From IMG/VR virus record IMGVR_UViG_2541047798_000009: 47,650 nt of DNA; one strand, given 5' to 3'. Under the pieces are notes generated by a model. The model worked only from the letters and a program-made list of their open reading frames with translations. It had not been told where the DNA came from and searched no databases. The DNA comes from a virus (Duplodnaviria; Heunggongvirae; Uroviricota; Caudoviricetes). Shown in pieces: positions 46,365 through 47,650 of this stretch (the first letter of the stretch is position 1; each line of letters begins with the position of its first letter). The position numbers and the translations under genes were made by a program.

Positions 46365-47650
46365 TGAGTAACGCATCATACCCGACAGGCGTTGAAAACC
46401 ATGGAGGATCACTCCGTATATGGTTTCACTATAATGGCAAACGTGTCAGAGAAAACCTCGGTGTTCCTGACACAGCCAAAAACCGGAAGATCGCTGGTGA
46501 ACTTCGCACTTCCGTTTGTTTTGCAATCAGAATGGGGAGTTTCGACTATGCCGCGCAGTTCCCTAATTCCCCTAACCTGAAACACTTTGGTCTGGGAAAA
46601 AGAGAGATAACCGTTAAGGCACTTTCGGAAAAATGGTTGGACCTTAAGAAAATTGAGATTTGTGCGAATGCACTTAACCGTTACCAGTCAGTAATTAAAA
46701 ACATGTTACCAATGTTAGGTGAAAAAAAACTGGTTTCATCCATAACAAAAGAGGATTTACTTTTCGTAAGGAGAGATTTGTTGACCGGTTACCAAAAGCT
46801 TTCTAATGGAAAGACTTCTTCCATAAAAGGGCGCTCAGTGGTCACGGTAAACTACTATATGACAACCATAGCTGGAATGTTTCAATTTGCAACAGATAAT
46901 GGTTATACCTCAGGAAACCCATTTAACGGTCTGGCTCCCTTAAAAAAGTCCAAGGTAAAACCAGATCCTCTCACCCGTGACGAATTTATTCGTTTTATTG
47001 AGGCTTGCCGTCATCAACAAACAAAAAACCTGTGGATTCTCGCTGTATACACGGGTATTCGTCACGGGGAGTTGGTATCGCTGGCATGGGAAGATATAGA
47101 CCTTAAAGCAAGGACTATAACCATCCGTAGAAATTATACAAAACTTGGCGAATTCACTCCACCAAAAACCGATGCAGGCACCGGAAGGACAATTCATCTG
47201 GTTCAACCAGCTATTGATGCTCTTAAAAGCCAGGCGGAAATGACCATGCTTGGAAAGCAACATTCTGTAGAGGTGAAGCAGAGGGAATATGGGAGAACTG
47301 CTGTGCATAAATGCACTTTTGTTTTTAGTCCTCAGGTAACAAAACAGCAGCAGTTGTCCGGACCTCACTACAAGGTTGACTCCATCAGGGAGTCATGGAC
47401 AAGTATCTTAAAACGCGCAGGTCTGAGACACAGAAAATCGTACCAATCCAGGCATACTTATGCATGCTGGTCACTTGCCGCAGGAGCTAATCCTAGTTTT
47501 ATCGCAAGCCAGATGGGCCACACAAACGCACAAATGGTATTCAATGTTTACGGAGCATGGATGAAAGACAACAATCACGAACAGATAGAACTCCTTAACA
47601 AAAGACTATCTGAAAGTGTCCCATGTATGCCCCATAAGAAAGCTGGGTAA
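46364..47650 (+). CDS. int: Tyrosine integrase (lambda Int family, 428 aa)
   Basis: Arm-binding N-terminus; catalytic region with ...RHTYACWSLAAGANPSFIASQMGHTNAQMVFNVYGAW... (R, H-x-x-R, Y pattern); ends at the last base of the window. Confidence 0.92.
   Translation: MSNASYPTGVENHGGSLRIWFHYNGKRVRENLGVPDTAKNRKIAGELRTSVCFAIRMGSFDYAAQFPNSPNLKHFGLGKREITVKALSEKWLDLKKIEICANALNRYQSVIKNMLPMLGEKKLVSSITKEDLLFVRRDLLTGYQKLSNGKTSSIKGRSVVTVNYYMTTIAGMFQFATDNGYTSGNPFNGLAPLKKSKVKPDPLTRDEFIRFIEACRHQQTKNLWILAVYTGIRHGELVSLAWEDIDLKARTITIRRNYTKLGEFTPPKTDAGTGRTIHLVQPAIDALKSQAEMTMLGKQHSVEVKQREYGRTAVHKCTFVFSPQVTKQQQLSGPHYKVDSIRESWTSILKRAGLRHRKSYQSRHTYACWSLAAGANPSFIASQMGHTNAQMVFNVYGAWMKDNNHEQIELLNKRLSESVPCMPHKKAG

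Overview
The window is almost entirely one lambdoid prophage (about 290 to the window end at 47650), with lambda-like tail genes and an HK97-like head. It appears to be inserted in a MerR-family regulator gene whose first 23 codons (MALYTIGEVALLCDINPVTLRA, mlrA/yehV-like) sit at 222-290. All calls rest on reading the ORF translations and the DNA by eye; no searches were run, and self-derived non-CDS coordinates may be off by 1-2 bp. Layout from left to right: a LexA-box-controlled dinI-like gene, two small cargo ORFs, then on the minus strand side tail fibre, lom, J, I, K, L, M, tape measure, G/G-T (with a -1 frameshift site), V, U, head-tail joining genes, a repeat-containing structural protein, portal, a prohead protease-major capsid fusion, large and small terminase, a cos-like region and an HNH endonuclease. 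The late/lysis region follows: a TonB-C-like lipoprotein, Rz/Rz1, a SAR endolysin, two unknown genes wedged inside the lysis cassette, an S21-type pinholin, a NanS-p-like esterase, a lipoprotein, two tRNAs (Arg-UCG, Ile2-CAU), a truncated DNA methylase, an antisense-oriented porin and antiterminator Q. Then come a Toprim primase, an SF2 helicase, a divergent cro-like/cI-like immunity region with TTAGCA/TGCTAA operator palindromes, an early-left operon of mostly unknown small genes (including a small membrane protein plus SPFH lipoprotein pair and an ORF6N antirepressor-like gene), an excisionase-like gene and a tyrosine integrase. No stx genes, CRISPR array or rRNA were seen. The best candidates for an undescribed system are (1) the two coupled genes between pinholin and endolysin, (2) the membrane protein/SPFH lipoprotein pair, (3) the HTH gene with a sequestered RBS and two small partners just past the repressor, and (4) a promoter-to-terminator sRNA-like unit in the I-J intergenic insert.
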